A stretch of 64,000 nucleotides of DNA from Myxococcota bacterium (GTDB taxonomy: Bacteria; Myxococcota_A; UBA9160; UBA4427), in the NCBI GenBank assembly GCA_046583095.1, contig JAYGDB010000048.1:18865-82864 (forward strand), read 5' to 3'. Below the pieces are notes generated by a model. It was not told the DNA's origin, searched no databases, and saw only the letters and a program-made list of their open reading frames with translations. Shown piece after piece: positions 42,950 to 53,200 of the stretch; position 1 is the first letter of the stretch, and each line of letters begins with the position of its first letter. A program made the translations under genes and the position numbers.

Positions 42950-44284
42950 TCAGAAGCTGTATTCGAGCCGCAGAAACAGGCGGTCGTTCCGGCCAATGTC
43001 CCCGAGGCCCGGATCGTCACCGCTCTGGTAGAGGACGATGCCGCCACCGAGGTTGAGCGCATCCCTCAACTGGTAGCTGGCTTCGGCCCGAATGACGCTG
43101 CCTCGATGCGACTTGCCAACCAATAGGAAGGCGACGCCCGTCACCTGCAGGCGCGAGTTCATGAAATCGGCCGTGGCGCGGAGCACCCCCTCGAAGGTGT
43201 CTTCCTCGTCCGAATCGAAAACGTGGCGGTGGACGACCTCGAAGGCGATCTGCAGATCGTTGATCCCGTAGTACTCGACGCCCGTGAGCGAATCGAGGCG
43301 CGATTTCCGGCCGGACGCGTACTCGAGGCCGTCGAACCAGCCGATCTCGCCCTTGAAGAGCCAGCTTCCCGCCGTGAGGTTTCCGCCGGTTCCCAGCATC
43401 GTGAAGTGGCTGTGCCGCTGGAATCCGGACGGTGGCGAGCCGGGCGCGAAGACGACGAGCGGCGTGTTCGAGTAGAGCCGCGCGGCGTAGACCGACACGT
43501 CCCAGCCCGAGAAGGTGCCGCTGATCGAGCCGCCGTACTCGGGCTCGTCGAAGAAGCGGTCGGGCTTGTTGGAAGGCAGGTCGAGCACGATCGGAAAGGG
43601 GTTGAAGTCGTTTCCGATCGACGGGTTTCGGTCTTTCCGAAACTCGGGGATCACGAGCAACTGCAACCTCCAGTCGCCCCAGCCGTCCGGAATCCACTGC
43701 GGGAAGTAATCGACCCGAGCCATCGTGACGGGAAGACGCAGATCCTCGATATCGACGAGCCCCGGCTCGCGGTTGTCGAGGGGGTTGAGCACATCCAACA
43801 CGCGGACGGTGTCCGAGCGTCCCCAGTTCACGATCTGTCGGCCGAGCTTGAAGTCGAGGTTCGCGCCCAGCCGCCCGTCGATCCAGACCTCGCGAAAGTT
43901 CACCTCCCAGACGTAGTCGTCCAGGACGTCGCGGGTGTACTGGCTGCGACCCTTGAAGATGTACGTGAAGTCGTAGAAGCCGTAGCCCTCGACTCGCATC
44001 CGCCATTGCTGCGGAAGCTCGAGATCGAGCTGCAGGTCGAGCTGTACACGCAGCCGCGAGAGATTCCCGTAGGGGGTGCCCGTCGCGGAATCGTGGTCGA
44101 GGTAGTTGTAGGAGGTGCCGAGACTCAGGTCGCCGTTGAGGTCCCACCAACGGTCGCCTTCATCCGCGGATGCCGTCGCATCCGACGCGTAGCTGTCGTC
44201 GTCGAAGCCCCAATCATCTTCCTCGGCCCGCGCGACCGGACCGGGTACGAGCGCGAGGCAGAGGACAGCGAGAAGGAGTTGCAC
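42950..44284 (-). CDS. DUF1302-like outer-membrane protein
   Basis: Signal peptide ..PVARA|EE, GRQIVNWGRSD, and terminal ..LRLEYSF. Confidence 0.65.
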   Translation of the reverse strand: MQLLLAVLCLALVPGPVARAEEDDWGFDDDSYASDATASADEGDRWWDLNGDLSLGTSYNYLDHDSATGTPYGNLSRLRVQLDLQLDLELPQQWRMRVEGYGFYDFTYIFKGRSQYTRDVLDDYVWEVNFREVWIDGRLGANLDFKLGRQIVNWGRSDTVRVLDVLNPLDNREPGLVDIEDLRLPVTMARVDYFPQWIPDGWGDWRLQLLVIPEFRKDRNPSIGNDFNPFPIVLDLPSNKPDRFFDEPEYGGSISGTFSGWDVSVYAARLYSNTPLVVFAPGSPPSGFQRHSHFTMLGTGGNLTAGSWLFKGEIGWFDGLEYASGRKSRLDSLTGVEYYGINDLQIAFEVVHRHVFDSDEEDTFEGVLRATADFMNSRLQVTGVAFLLVGKSHRGSVIRAEASYQLRDALNLGGGIVLYQSGDDPGLGDIGRNDRLFLRLEYSF

Positions 44285-44290
44285 CCGGGC

Positions 44291-45109
44291 TCAGAGACCC
44301 TTCTCGAGGCGCCGGGTGGAGAAGAGATCGTCTCCGAGATCCTGGTTGAACTTCACGTTGGTGTTCTTGAGCACGGTCCGGTGGAGAACCTTCTTCCCCT
44401 TCTTCGTCGCCATGTGCATCTCCGTGGGCGTCCAGATCCCGTCGATCTGCTCGAGTTTCTTGACATCGAAGTACTTCTGGCGATTTCCCTTTTTCACCCA
44501 GCTCTTGGATCGGATCACCACGTAGTTGTCCTTGCGGACGAACGAGACGGTCTTCGTGTAGCCCGTCTCGTCGATTTCCTCTTCGGTTCGCGGGACAGCC
44601 TCGATGACCCAGACGGGCACGCCCCTGACCTCCGAGTGCTCCAGGAGCTTGTAGTCGTAGTAGTCGAGGGGCCGCTCGGTCAGGTCGGCGTAGCTGAAAT
44701 CCGAACCCATGAAGGAGCCGCTCTTGTCTCCCGCCGCAATCCGCTTCGTCTTCTTCAGGGCGGGTAGGTAGAGCCACTGATCATCGTCGCGAGTCTCGTC
44801 GTCGTAGTCGTAGGTGAGAAAGCCCGTGTCCTTCACGTCGGCCGGCGAGAGAAAGAACATCAACTGGTAGTCGTCCTCGCCGAAGTCCTTCCCGAACGAA
44901 CGGATCTTGCGAACGCGCTGGTTGCCGCGCTTGTCGATCAGGATCATCTCGAGATCCATGATGGCGTTGTCGCCATCGTCGCGATCGTCGACGGCCTGCA
45001 TGATCTCGCGCGCGGTCGGGGAGTCCGTACCACTGTCAGCTCCCGCAAGAGCGAGCGCCAGCACCGACACGAGTAGAACGCTCCACTTATCCATACTCGC
45101 GAGAGTCAA
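44291..45109 (-). CDS. LolA-like outer-membrane lipoprotein-sorting protein family
   Basis: TAREIMQAVDDRDDGDN, QLMFFLSPADVKDTGFL, DDQWLYLPALKKTKRIA and SFMGSDFSYADL. The start may be 45094. Lower GC by eye. Confidence 0.75.
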   Translation of the reverse strand: MTLASMDKWSVLLVSVLALALAGADSGTDSPTAREIMQAVDDRDDGDNAIMDLEMILIDKRGNQRVRKIRSFGKDFGEDDYQLMFFLSPADVKDTGFLTYDYDDETRDDDQWLYLPALKKTKRIAAGDKSGSFMGSDFSYADLTERPLDYYDYKLLEHSEVRGVPVWVIEAVPRTEEEIDETGYTKTVSFVRKDNYVVIRSKSWVKKGNRQKYFDVKKLEQIDGIWTPTEMHMATKKGKKVLHRTVLKNTNVKFNQDLGDDLFSTRRLEKGL

Positions 45110-45188
45110 GCAGCAAATTCGCGCTGCGACAAGCCGAGCGAACAGATGCGGCGATTCGGCTGGAACTCCCGACGCCGTTCGACCGTGG

Positions 45189-45959
45189 CTACCGGCTCCG
45201 CGTCACCCCCAGCGACTCGATCAGCGGAAGCAACTCCGACAGGTCGCGGATCGTGAAGTCGGGCGCCGGGCCGTCGTGGGCCTGCAACCGCGCGTCCGGG
45301 TTCGCGATGCGTCGCGTGATCCAGACGCTCCGAATGCCGAGACCGCTCGCGCCCGCCACGTCGGCGGCAAGATTGTCACCCACGTGCAGCGTCTCCTCGG
45401 GTGAGGTTCCGAGCTCGTCGAGCACCTGCTGGAAGATCTCGGGTCGTGGCTTGCGGATTCCGACGGCATCCGAGATCACGATCGCGTCGAGATGCTCGTG
45501 CAAGCCCGCCTCTTCGAGCACCCCCAGCGCCGTCTTCGAATGACTGAAGTTCGAGCACAGGCCGAGCGGGACGCGCTCTCGAAGCGCGCGCATCAGGTCG
45601 ACGTGGTGGTCGAGGATCACGACCTGCTCGCGCAGCGCGCCCATGTGCACCTCGGTGAGCAACTCGACCAACTGCGGACGGTCGACGCCCAGGCGCTCGA
45701 GGCAGGCACCGAAGCGCTCCTCCGTCCGGAGCTCGAGCCCCTTCGCGTAGCGGCTCTTCTGAAACTCCGAATCGGTTTCGCCGAGCACCTCCACGAAGCG
45801 GTCGAAGGGAACGTCTACTTCCCGGGCCAGGGCCTCGTGAAGCCGGTGCACGGTACCGACGATCTTCCGTCCGGCGTGCTCCTGGCGCGGGATCCGCTCG
45901 AAGTGGAGATCCACCAGCGTGTCGAAGAGATCGAAGACGACTGCGGCGACTCGGCTCAT
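45189..45959 (-). CDS. HAD-superfamily hydrolase
   Basis: Motif I is VVFDLFDTLVD; the later part has HVGDNLAADV. The ATG overlaps the upstream stop (ATGA). Confidence 0.85.
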   Translation of the reverse strand: MSRVAAVVFDLFDTLVDLHFERIPRQEHAGRKIVGTVHRLHEALAREVDVPFDRFVEVLGETDSEFQKSRYAKGLELRTEERFGACLERLGVDRPQLVELLTEVHMGALREQVVILDHHVDLMRALRERVPLGLCSNFSHSKTALGVLEEAGLHEHLDAIVISDAVGIRKPRPEIFQQVLDELGTSPEETLHVGDNLAADVAGASGLGIRSVWITRRIANPDARLQAHDGPAPDFTIRDLSELLPLIESLGVTRSR

Positions 45960-46894
45960 GGCGAGAGCCCGATCTCGCGCAGGCGCTCGGCGAGGTAGCC
46001 CGCTGCGGTGATGGGCGCATACCGGCACGGCCGCTCGTCGGTCACGAAGGCCGGCAGCACCGTGAGATCGCACTCCGAACGCGGATGGGCGAAGAACGGC
46101 AGCGAGTAGCGGGCGACGTTGGCCGGCCCGACCGGGTTCACCACACGGTGGGTGGTGGCGGGGATGACGTCATTCGTCAGCCTCGACAGCATGTCGCCCG
46201 AGTCGACGACGATCTGCCCCGGCGCCACGTCGACGGGCAGCCAGCTGAAATCGCCGCCGGGCGGACAGATCTCGAGGCCAGCCTCGCTCGCTTCGCACAG
46301 GAGCGTGATCAGGTTGATGTCCTCATGAGCTGCCGCGCGCAGGCAGCCGGTGTGCTCGCCCTCCGCGACAGGCGGGTAGTGGACCGCGCGCAGCACGCTG
46401 TTTCCGCCCCCCGCCATCGACGCGAAGACTTCACGCGGCAGTCCAAGCCCCTCGGCGAGGATCTCGAGCAGCTGAATCGAGCACTCCTCCAGGGCTCGAA
46501 AAAGAAGCAGGACGTCGGTCCGGAGATCCGGCAGCTGACGCGGCCAGATGTTCGCGGGGATCTCGGAGCCCGCCACGCCTTCCTGGCCGACGTGGAAGAA
46601 CTCCTTCAGGTCGGGCTGGCTCTGGTCCTTCGCATGCTCGATGCCGAATGCCGTGAAGCCCCGTTGGCCCCCAGCAACACCGGAGCACTCTCGCTTCGAC
46701 TCCTCGCGCTGCGCAAAGAAGGTCTCGAAGTGCGCGTAGGCCCGCCGGATCAGCTCCGGGTCGATGCCGTGCCCTTCGACGACAGTGAACCCGAACTCGC
46801 CGAGCCCGCTGCAAAACGTCTCCACGAAACGCGTACGAGCCGCACCCGACCCCGATCGGTAGTCCCGCAGATCGACTACCGGAATTGCCCGCAT
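45956..46894 (-). CDS. 2OG-Fe(II) oxygenase (isopenicillin-N-synthase family)
   Basis: ATG 46894 follows GGAGGG. IPVVDL start, AAHEDINLITLL (HxD) and ATTHRVVNP. Confidence 0.85.
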   Translation of the reverse strand: MRAIPVVDLRDYRSGSGAARTRFVETFCSGLGEFGFTVVEGHGIDPELIRRAYAHFETFFAQREESKRECSGVAGGQRGFTAFGIEHAKDQSQPDLKEFFHVGQEGVAGSEIPANIWPRQLPDLRTDVLLLFRALEECSIQLLEILAEGLGLPREVFASMAGGGNSVLRAVHYPPVAEGEHTGCLRAAAHEDINLITLLCEASEAGLEICPPGGDFSWLPVDVAPGQIVVDSGDMLSRLTNDVIPATTHRVVNPVGPANVARYSLPFFAHPRSECDLTVLPAFVTDERPCRYAPITAAGYLAERLREIGLSP

Positions 46895-46955
46895 GAACCG
46901 CCCTCCAGCACCTATAATACGGCCACCTCGAGATGGCGCAGCCGGGAACGGGACA

Positions 46956-47132
46956 ATGGACTTGATGGAAACTCTCCGACGCGGCTCCGAGTCCCTCGGA
47001 ATCAGCTCCGACTTCGGCCTGCGGTCAGCGCACACGGATCTCCTCTACTTCGAAGACCCCGAACAGGGCGCGTTCGCGCTGCTCGACAAGGCTGTCTACG
47101 AACGCATCACGAGCCGACGCATCCGGATCTGA
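46956..47132 (+). CDS. possible small protein (58 aa), unannotated-type sORF
   Basis: MDLMETLRRGSESLGISSDFGLRSAHTDLLYFEDPEQGAFALLDKAVYERITSRRIRI. About 80% G/C at third positions by my count, and the stop lies 7 nt before the VKOR-DsbA gene. The RBS is weak. Confidence 0.3.
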   Translation: MDLMETLRRGSESLGISSDFGLRSAHTDLLYFEDPEQGAFALLDKAVYERITSRRIRI

Positions 47133-47139
47133 GAACCTC

Positions 47140-48561
47140 GTGAACTCCTCACCGTCTCTGCAGCCGGCCCGCCCGAGCCCCCGAGGCATGGCACTCGTCG
47201 TCGGCATTGCGGGCCTGCATGCGTTGTGGGCCCTGTTCCAGTGGACCCAGCTCGTCGCAGCGCGGACGGGCGGCCGTCCCTTCTGCGGCATCTCGGACAG
47301 CTCGGCCTGCGTAGAGATCTGGGACTCGTCGTTCGCGAGCGCGGTCCAGGGCTGGACGGGAGTGCCGGTCGCCGGTTGGGGACTGATCTGGAGCATCGCG
47401 GCTTTCGCGCTCCCCCTCTGGGCCCTGGCGCAGCGGGCTACCGCCCCGGAACCGTCGCGCGAACCCGCCACCGGGCCGGCCTGGGCCGCGACCGTGTGGA
47501 TGGCGATCGCGGGTCTCGTCGCGATCACCGGGCTCCTCGCGGCCTCGCTCCTCCAGGGCCAGCTCTGCACGACCTGCCTGGTGACCTACGCGATCGTCGC
47601 GATGTATGCGGCGGCTTGCTTGGCGCAGACAGCGCTTCGCACGCTGCCTCTCGCGAAGGGCATCTCTCTCGCTTCGGGCGCCGTGGCAGTCGCGTTCGTC
47701 CTGCTGGTCATCCCCGGCCATCGGACGCCCCTGAGCGAGAACGAGGCCGGCCGCCAGGTGCTCGAGCAGCTCGCGGAGACACAGCGGCCTGCACCCGCAC
47801 CGGAACGCAGCGAGGAGAAACCCGAAGACACCTCGCACGCAGACACCGGGGACCCAGCCATCACCGGCGTCGTCGAACTTCTCGAGAATCTGTCACCCCA
47901 GCTCGAGCAGCTGTTCAGCAACGAGCTCGAACGCTATGCCAGCGCACCCCATGTAGCGATCCGCCCGGCCCGTGCCCTGCTCGGCTCTGCGAGCGCCCCC
48001 GTCCGCCTCACCGAGTTCACGGACGCCCTGTGCGGCCACTGCGCCAATCTGCACCGCAGCCTGCAGCAGCTCGCCCAGGCCCTGCCCGCCGACGCATTCG
48101 CGGTCGAGGCCCGGCACTTCCCCCTCGACTCCGCCTGCAATCGCGGACTCACCGGTGAATCGAAGGCCCCCGTACGCTGCCTCGCGGCCCAGTCAGCCAT
48201 TTGCATGGAAGGCCGCGTCGAGGCCTTCGAGTACGCGGGCTGGATCTACGAGCACCAGGACAGCCTCGACGACGAGAAGGTGTACGAGCTTGCCGAACGT
48301 CTCGTGCCCAAGAACGATCTCGTCGCCTGCGTGAACGACCCCGCGACGGAAGCCAAACTTCAGGACGACATCGCGTGGGCAACGGAACACGGCATTCACG
48401 GAACTCCTCTTCTCCTCCTGAACGGCAAGCCGGTCTCGACGTTCGTGCCCCTGCTCTACGCACTCATCCTGATGCACGGCGACGCCGAGCACGATGTCTT
48501 CTCGGGACTCCCCGAGCCCGAACCCGACACCGGCGACGCGCATGCCGGCCACCGGCACTGA
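47140..48561 (+). CDS. VKOR-family membrane oxidoreductase fused to DsbA-like thioredoxin domain
   Basis: Loop Cys pair FCGISDSSAC, TM CxxC (CTTC), and a C-terminal thioredoxin-fold LCGHC with a DsbA-like tail (HGIHGTPLLLLNG). Confidence 0.8.
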   Translation: MNSSPSLQPARPSPRGMALVVGIAGLHALWALFQWTQLVAARTGGRPFCGISDSSACVEIWDSSFASAVQGWTGVPVAGWGLIWSIAAFALPLWALAQRATAPEPSREPATGPAWAATVWMAIAGLVAITGLLAASLLQGQLCTTCLVTYAIVAMYAAACLAQTALRTLPLAKGISLASGAVAVAFVLLVIPGHRTPLSENEAGRQVLEQLAETQRPAPAPERSEEKPEDTSHADTGDPAITGVVELLENLSPQLEQLFSNELERYASAPHVAIRPARALLGSASAPVRLTEFTDALCGHCANLHRSLQQLAQALPADAFAVEARHFPLDSACNRGLTGESKAPVRCLAAQSAICMEGRVEAFEYAGWIYEHQDSLDDEKVYELAERLVPKNDLVACVNDPATEAKLQDDIAWATEHGIHGTPLLLLNGKPVSTFVPLLYALILMHGDAEHDVFSGLPEPEPDTGDAHAGHRH

Positions 48562-48612
48562 GCCGCACTAGGGTTGCCTGGGCCGAGATCTCCTTCGTGT
48601 AAGCTGTCGCAC

Positions 48613-49371
48613 ATGAATCGGGGCCTGTCCGTCGCACTCGTCGCACTCGTCGCGCCGACCGCCTTCGCGCTCGCGCTCTGCGGCCCCGCAACCGCCGCAG
48701 ATGAAGCCGGTTATCGCTACAGCATCGACTGGACGACGGTGAACACCGACTCCTGGAAGAAATACCTCGGCGGCCTCGCCGGGAGGCCCGACGCGCGCGG
48801 CCTCGAGATCGGCTGCTTCGAGGGCCGGTCAACCATCTGGTTCCTCGAGAACGTCCTCACCCATCCAGCGACCCGAATGGCCTGCATCGACGTCTTCACC
48901 GACGAGATCGAGGCAAACTTCGACCACAACGTGGCGCTCTCGACGCAGGGCAAGCGCGTCGTCAAGTACAAGGGCTACTCCCAGGACATTCTTCGCAAGC
49001 TCGACTACGACAGCTTCGACTTCGTCTATATCGACGGTTGCCACCTGGCGAGCTGTGCACTGACCGACGCCGTGCTCTCCTGGGATCTGCTCCGCGCGGG
49101 CGGCTTCATCATCTTCGACGACTACGGGTTGAAGATCAACGAACCGCCCAGCCAGCGCCCCAAGACGGCCATCGACGCCTTCATCGAGGCCTTCGGCGAT
49201 CAGATCCACGTCCGGGAAATAGGTTCGCAGGTGATCGTGGAAAAGAAGCATGCGCGCAGCGAAAGTGAACGGGTCGGGAAGCCACTCGTGCACGACCCCA
49301 CCTGGCTGAAGCGTCTGCGACAGTTCTCCGAGCAGAACAAGCGCAAGCGAGAGGCCGACCGGGCTCAGTAG
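48613..49371 (+). CDS. class I SAM-dependent methyltransferase (Methyltransf_24/CmcI-like) with N-terminal signal/anchor
   Basis: MNRGLSVALVALVAPTAFALALCG.. is followed by GLEIGCFEGRSTIWFLEN, FDFVYIDGCH and GGFIIFDDY. Confidence 0.7.
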   Translation: MNRGLSVALVALVAPTAFALALCGPATAADEAGYRYSIDWTTVNTDSWKKYLGGLAGRPDARGLEIGCFEGRSTIWFLENVLTHPATRMACIDVFTDEIEANFDHNVALSTQGKRVVKYKGYSQDILRKLDYDSFDFVYIDGCHLASCALTDAVLSWDLLRAGGFIIFDDYGLKINEPPSQRPKTAIDAFIEAFGDQIHVREIGSQVIVEKKHARSESERVGKPLVHDPTWLKRLRQFSEQNKRKREADRAQ

Positions 49372-50180
49372 AGGGGATCGGGCTCCACGTAGATCGGGAC
49401 GAGCACGACTCCCAGTGGGCCGCGGGGTGGGTACAGCCGGATCTGCTCGCCCTGGCGCTCGACATCGAGAGACACGGCATCTCCCACCCGTCCCTCGCCG
49501 GTCGCCTGCTGCAAGGTCCGGACGTCGAAGATGCGCTCGTCGTCATAGCGCAGGAGGATGTCTCCCTCTTCCAAGCCGACATCTGCCGCCGCGGAGCCCT
49601 GCATGACGCGCTTCACCCGCACGCGGTTGTCGTTGCCCGATGCGTAGAGGAGCCAGTCGTATCGGTCCTCACCAAACTCGAACCGCAGTGCGTTGTAGCG
49701 CTCATCGAGTTCGCGCATGCGGCGGTGGTAGCGCGGCTGCCCGAGCCAGCCCTGCCGCGTGGCCTCGTCTCGCACGAAGAGCCGATCGAGCTCGATCTGC
49801 TCGTAACGCTCGTTCAGGGCTTCCACCTCGGCAGCGTCGAAGCCCGCCCCTATCAGCAGTTTGTCGTCGAACCAATCCTCGCGTCTCTTGACCTTGTCCG
49901 GCCTCTCTCTTCGCGGTTTTCTCTTCCGGGGCTCGCTCGTCCGCGGCTTCGCAGCCGGAATCCTCGGCCGCGCAGAAAGTTCGCGCTCCATCTCGCCCGC
50001 GCGCGCCTCTTCGAGATCGAGCTGCGCCTGGAGACGCCGAACCTCCGGGTCGGGGGCCGGCGCGACGACCTCCGGCGTCTCGGGCTCCGACTTCTGCGGG
50101 TCTCCGTCGCGGCCGCCCCAGACGAGAAAGCCGATGCCGAGGCCCAGTATCGCACCCGCGGCCAACTGCCAGCCCCGCAC
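49365..50180 (-). CDS. membrane-anchored PDZ domain protein
   Basis: N-terminal TM, a Lys/Arg/Glu-rich linker, and a C-terminal PDZ-like GSAAADVGLEEGDILLRYDDERI..GDAVSLDVERQG. Confidence 0.65.
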   Translation of the reverse strand: MRGWQLAAGAILGLGIGFLVWGGRDGDPQKSEPETPEVVAPAPDPEVRRLQAQLDLEEARAGEMERELSARPRIPAAKPRTSEPRKRKPRRERPDKVKRREDWFDDKLLIGAGFDAAEVEALNERYEQIELDRLFVRDEATRQGWLGQPRYHRRMRELDERYNALRFEFGEDRYDWLLYASGNDNRVRVKRVMQGSAAADVGLEEGDILLRYDDERIFDVRTLQQATGEGRVGDAVSLDVERQGEQIRLYPPRGPLGVVLVPIYVEPDPLY

Positions 50181-50250
50181 CGTGCCAGCCTCTAGGAACC
50201 CGACCGTGGATTCGGGTGCGGGCTCCGCCGAAGATGAATGGACCGACTCA

Positions 50251-53200
50251 CTAGGAGGCCGTCTCCTGCACGTCTGGAACCGGCGTGCTCCCGAACAGAT
50301 GACGGAAACCTCGCTTCACCGCGTCGGCGGCATCGTCGAAGACGAGGTAGAAGAGCGGTACGACGAGCAGCGTCAGAACCGTGGATGAGAACATGCCCGC
50401 AGCGGTGGCGATCGCCATCGGGGCACGACTCTCGGAGCCGGGCCCGAGGCCTGTCGCGGCCGGAAGTACGCCGAAGATCATCGAGAGCGCGGTCATCAGC
50501 ACCGGTCGCATCCGCACCGGAGCCGCACGCTTCATGGCCTCGACCTTGTCGAGACCCGTCGCCCTCAGCTGATTCGCGTAATCGACCAGCAGGATGGAGT
50601 TCTTCGTGACGAGCCCGAAGAGCAGAATGACTCCGATGAGGCTGAAGAGGTTCAGCGTGTTGCCCGTCGCCAGCAGGCCGGCAAGCGCTCCGATCATGGC
50701 GAGCGGAAGTGCGAGCATCACCGTAAGGGGATGCACCAGGCTCTCGAACTGAGCTGCGAGCACCATGTAGATCGCGAGGATCGCGAGCAGCATGGCGAGT
50801 ATGAACTGCTCGGCACCCTCGCGCATGGCCTCGGCCTGTCCGACGAGGGCGAACGTGACCTCTTCCGGCAGGATCCTCTCGGCAATCTCGCGCGCCTTCA
50901 GAACGGCTTGCCCGAGCGGTTGGTCTTCCAGGCTCGCGGTGATGGAGACACTTCGCTGACGGTTCGTTCTCGTGATCTCGGACGGCGCTGCGGTCGTCTC
51001 GATCTCCACCAGATTTCGCAGCTCGATAGCCTCCCCTTCCCTCCCTCGCACGAAGAGATTCCCGATGGCGCTCGGATCCCTGCGGAACTCCTCCTCGAGC
51101 CGGACACGGATGTCATATCGACGCCCCGCCTCCTTGAAGACAGCGACGTCCAGCCCGCCGATCATCACCTGGACCGTCGACGCGATGTCCCGGGCGCTCA
51201 CGCCGAGCGCCGCGGCCTTCTCTCGGTCCGGCCTCACGCGCAACTCGGGCATGCCGAGCTTCAGGCTCTTGTCGAGCCCGACGTAGCCGCCGGCCCGCTC
51301 GAGCTCGTCGATCATCTGCTGCGCCAGCCGATCGAGTTCCTCGAGGGGCAAGTGACCGCGCAGCTCGATCTGGAAGCCACTCGTCCCGCCCATCGACATC
51401 ATCTCGCCCGGGTTGTAGATGCGAATTATGCGCCCCGGAATCTTCGAAAGCGCCTCACGAGCGGCGTTGATGATGTCGAAGACGCTGCGCTCCCGTTCAT
51501 CGGCCGGTCGAAGATTCCCGAAGATCATCGCCTTGTGGGTGGACCTCGTCTGCTCGTAGCCGCCTGCGGTTCCCGCTGCCGAGAAGATTCCGGCGAGCTC
51601 GGGTTGAGCGAGGAACCACTGCTCGTCGTGGGCCAGGTACTCGACGGTCGCGTCGAGAGCGGTGCCTGGAGCGGCCTCGATCTTCGCGAAGAAGATACCC
51701 TCGTCGGAAGGTGGGAAGAACTCGGTCTCGAGCTGCGCGCCGAACAACCAGATCAAGCCGAGCGATGCGAGCGCGGAGATTACGGTCTTGATGCGGTGCT
51801 CCAGGGTCCAGAAGAGGAGCCGTTGATACACCCGCTCGAGCCCGCCGAGCCCCCGCTCGAGCCGCTGGTAGACGCTGCCGTGGGCCCGTGGCCTGGGCAC
51901 GGGCATCCGAGCGGCCAGCATCGGCGTGAGCGTCAGTGCCACGAACAACGAGATGATCACCGAGCCGGCGACGGTCAAGCCGAACTCACCGAGGAAGCTT
52001 CCGACGAGTCCCTCGATGAAGAGCACGGGGACGAAGACTGCGGCGACCGAGAAGGTCGCAGCTGTCGCGGCGAAGGCGATCTCCCGGGTCCCGGTCCGAG
52101 CTGCGGTCATGGGATCGGCGCCCCGCTCCCTGTGTCGCTCGATGTTCTCGAGAACGACGATCGCATCGTCGATCACCACACCCACCGCCAGGGTCATCCC
52201 GAGCAGGGTCATCGTGTTCAGGGTGAACCCGAAGAGCCACACGAGGCCGAAAGTGGCGATCAGCGAGATCGGAATCGCAGCCGCGACGATCAGCGTCGGA
52301 CGTGTCCGCCTCAGGAAGACGAAGACGGTCATCACCGCCAGCAGCGCCCCGAAGATCAGCGCAAACAGGGTCTCGTTCACCGCTTCGCGCACGCCGCGAG
52401 AGAAGTCGATGAAGCCCTCCGGATCATGAATCTCGATCCCCGACGGCAGCACGGCCTGGATCTCGTCGAGGCGGTCCAGCACCTCGTCGACGATCGCCAC
52501 CGTGTTGCCACCCGACTGGCGCATGATGCCGATGCCCACGGCCTCGACGCCGTTGTAGTGCATCTCCATGTCGAGGTCTTCGGCGCCGTCTTCGATGCGC
52601 GCGACATCCCGCAACAACACCGGCGCACCCCCGACGTGGGCGACGGTCAAGCTCTCGAGCTCTTCGACAGTGCGAAACTCGGCGTCGGTGCGAACCAGGT
52701 ACTCGATGCGCTCGCTCTCGAGGGCACCACCGGGGACCTCCACGTGCTCGCGCTGGATCGCGGCGAGAACGTCGGCCGCCGCCAGCCCGCGCGCCCCCAG
52801 CTCGTCGCCGTCGAGCCAGATCCGGATGTTCCTGTCGCGCCGCCCGAACATCTCGACACCCGCCACCCCCGAGATCGTCTCGAGATACGGGTTCATCTGG
52901 CGCCTTACGTACTCGCTGGTTTCGACCGGACTGCGGCTGGATTGGATCGGAATCCACAGAACCGCCGAGTCATTGGCGTCGAATCTTCCGACCACGGGCG
53001 GATCGAGATCGGAGGGCAGCCCCATCCGCGCCAACGCCACCTTGTCGCGCACGTCCTGGACGACGACATCGAGGTCGGTGCCGAGTTCGAACTCGACCCG
53101 GATCTGCGCGGCGCCCTCCGCGCTCGTCGACCAGATGGTGCGTACGCCGGCGATGGTGTTGAGCTGCTCCTCGATGACATCGGTGACGTCTTCCTCGATG

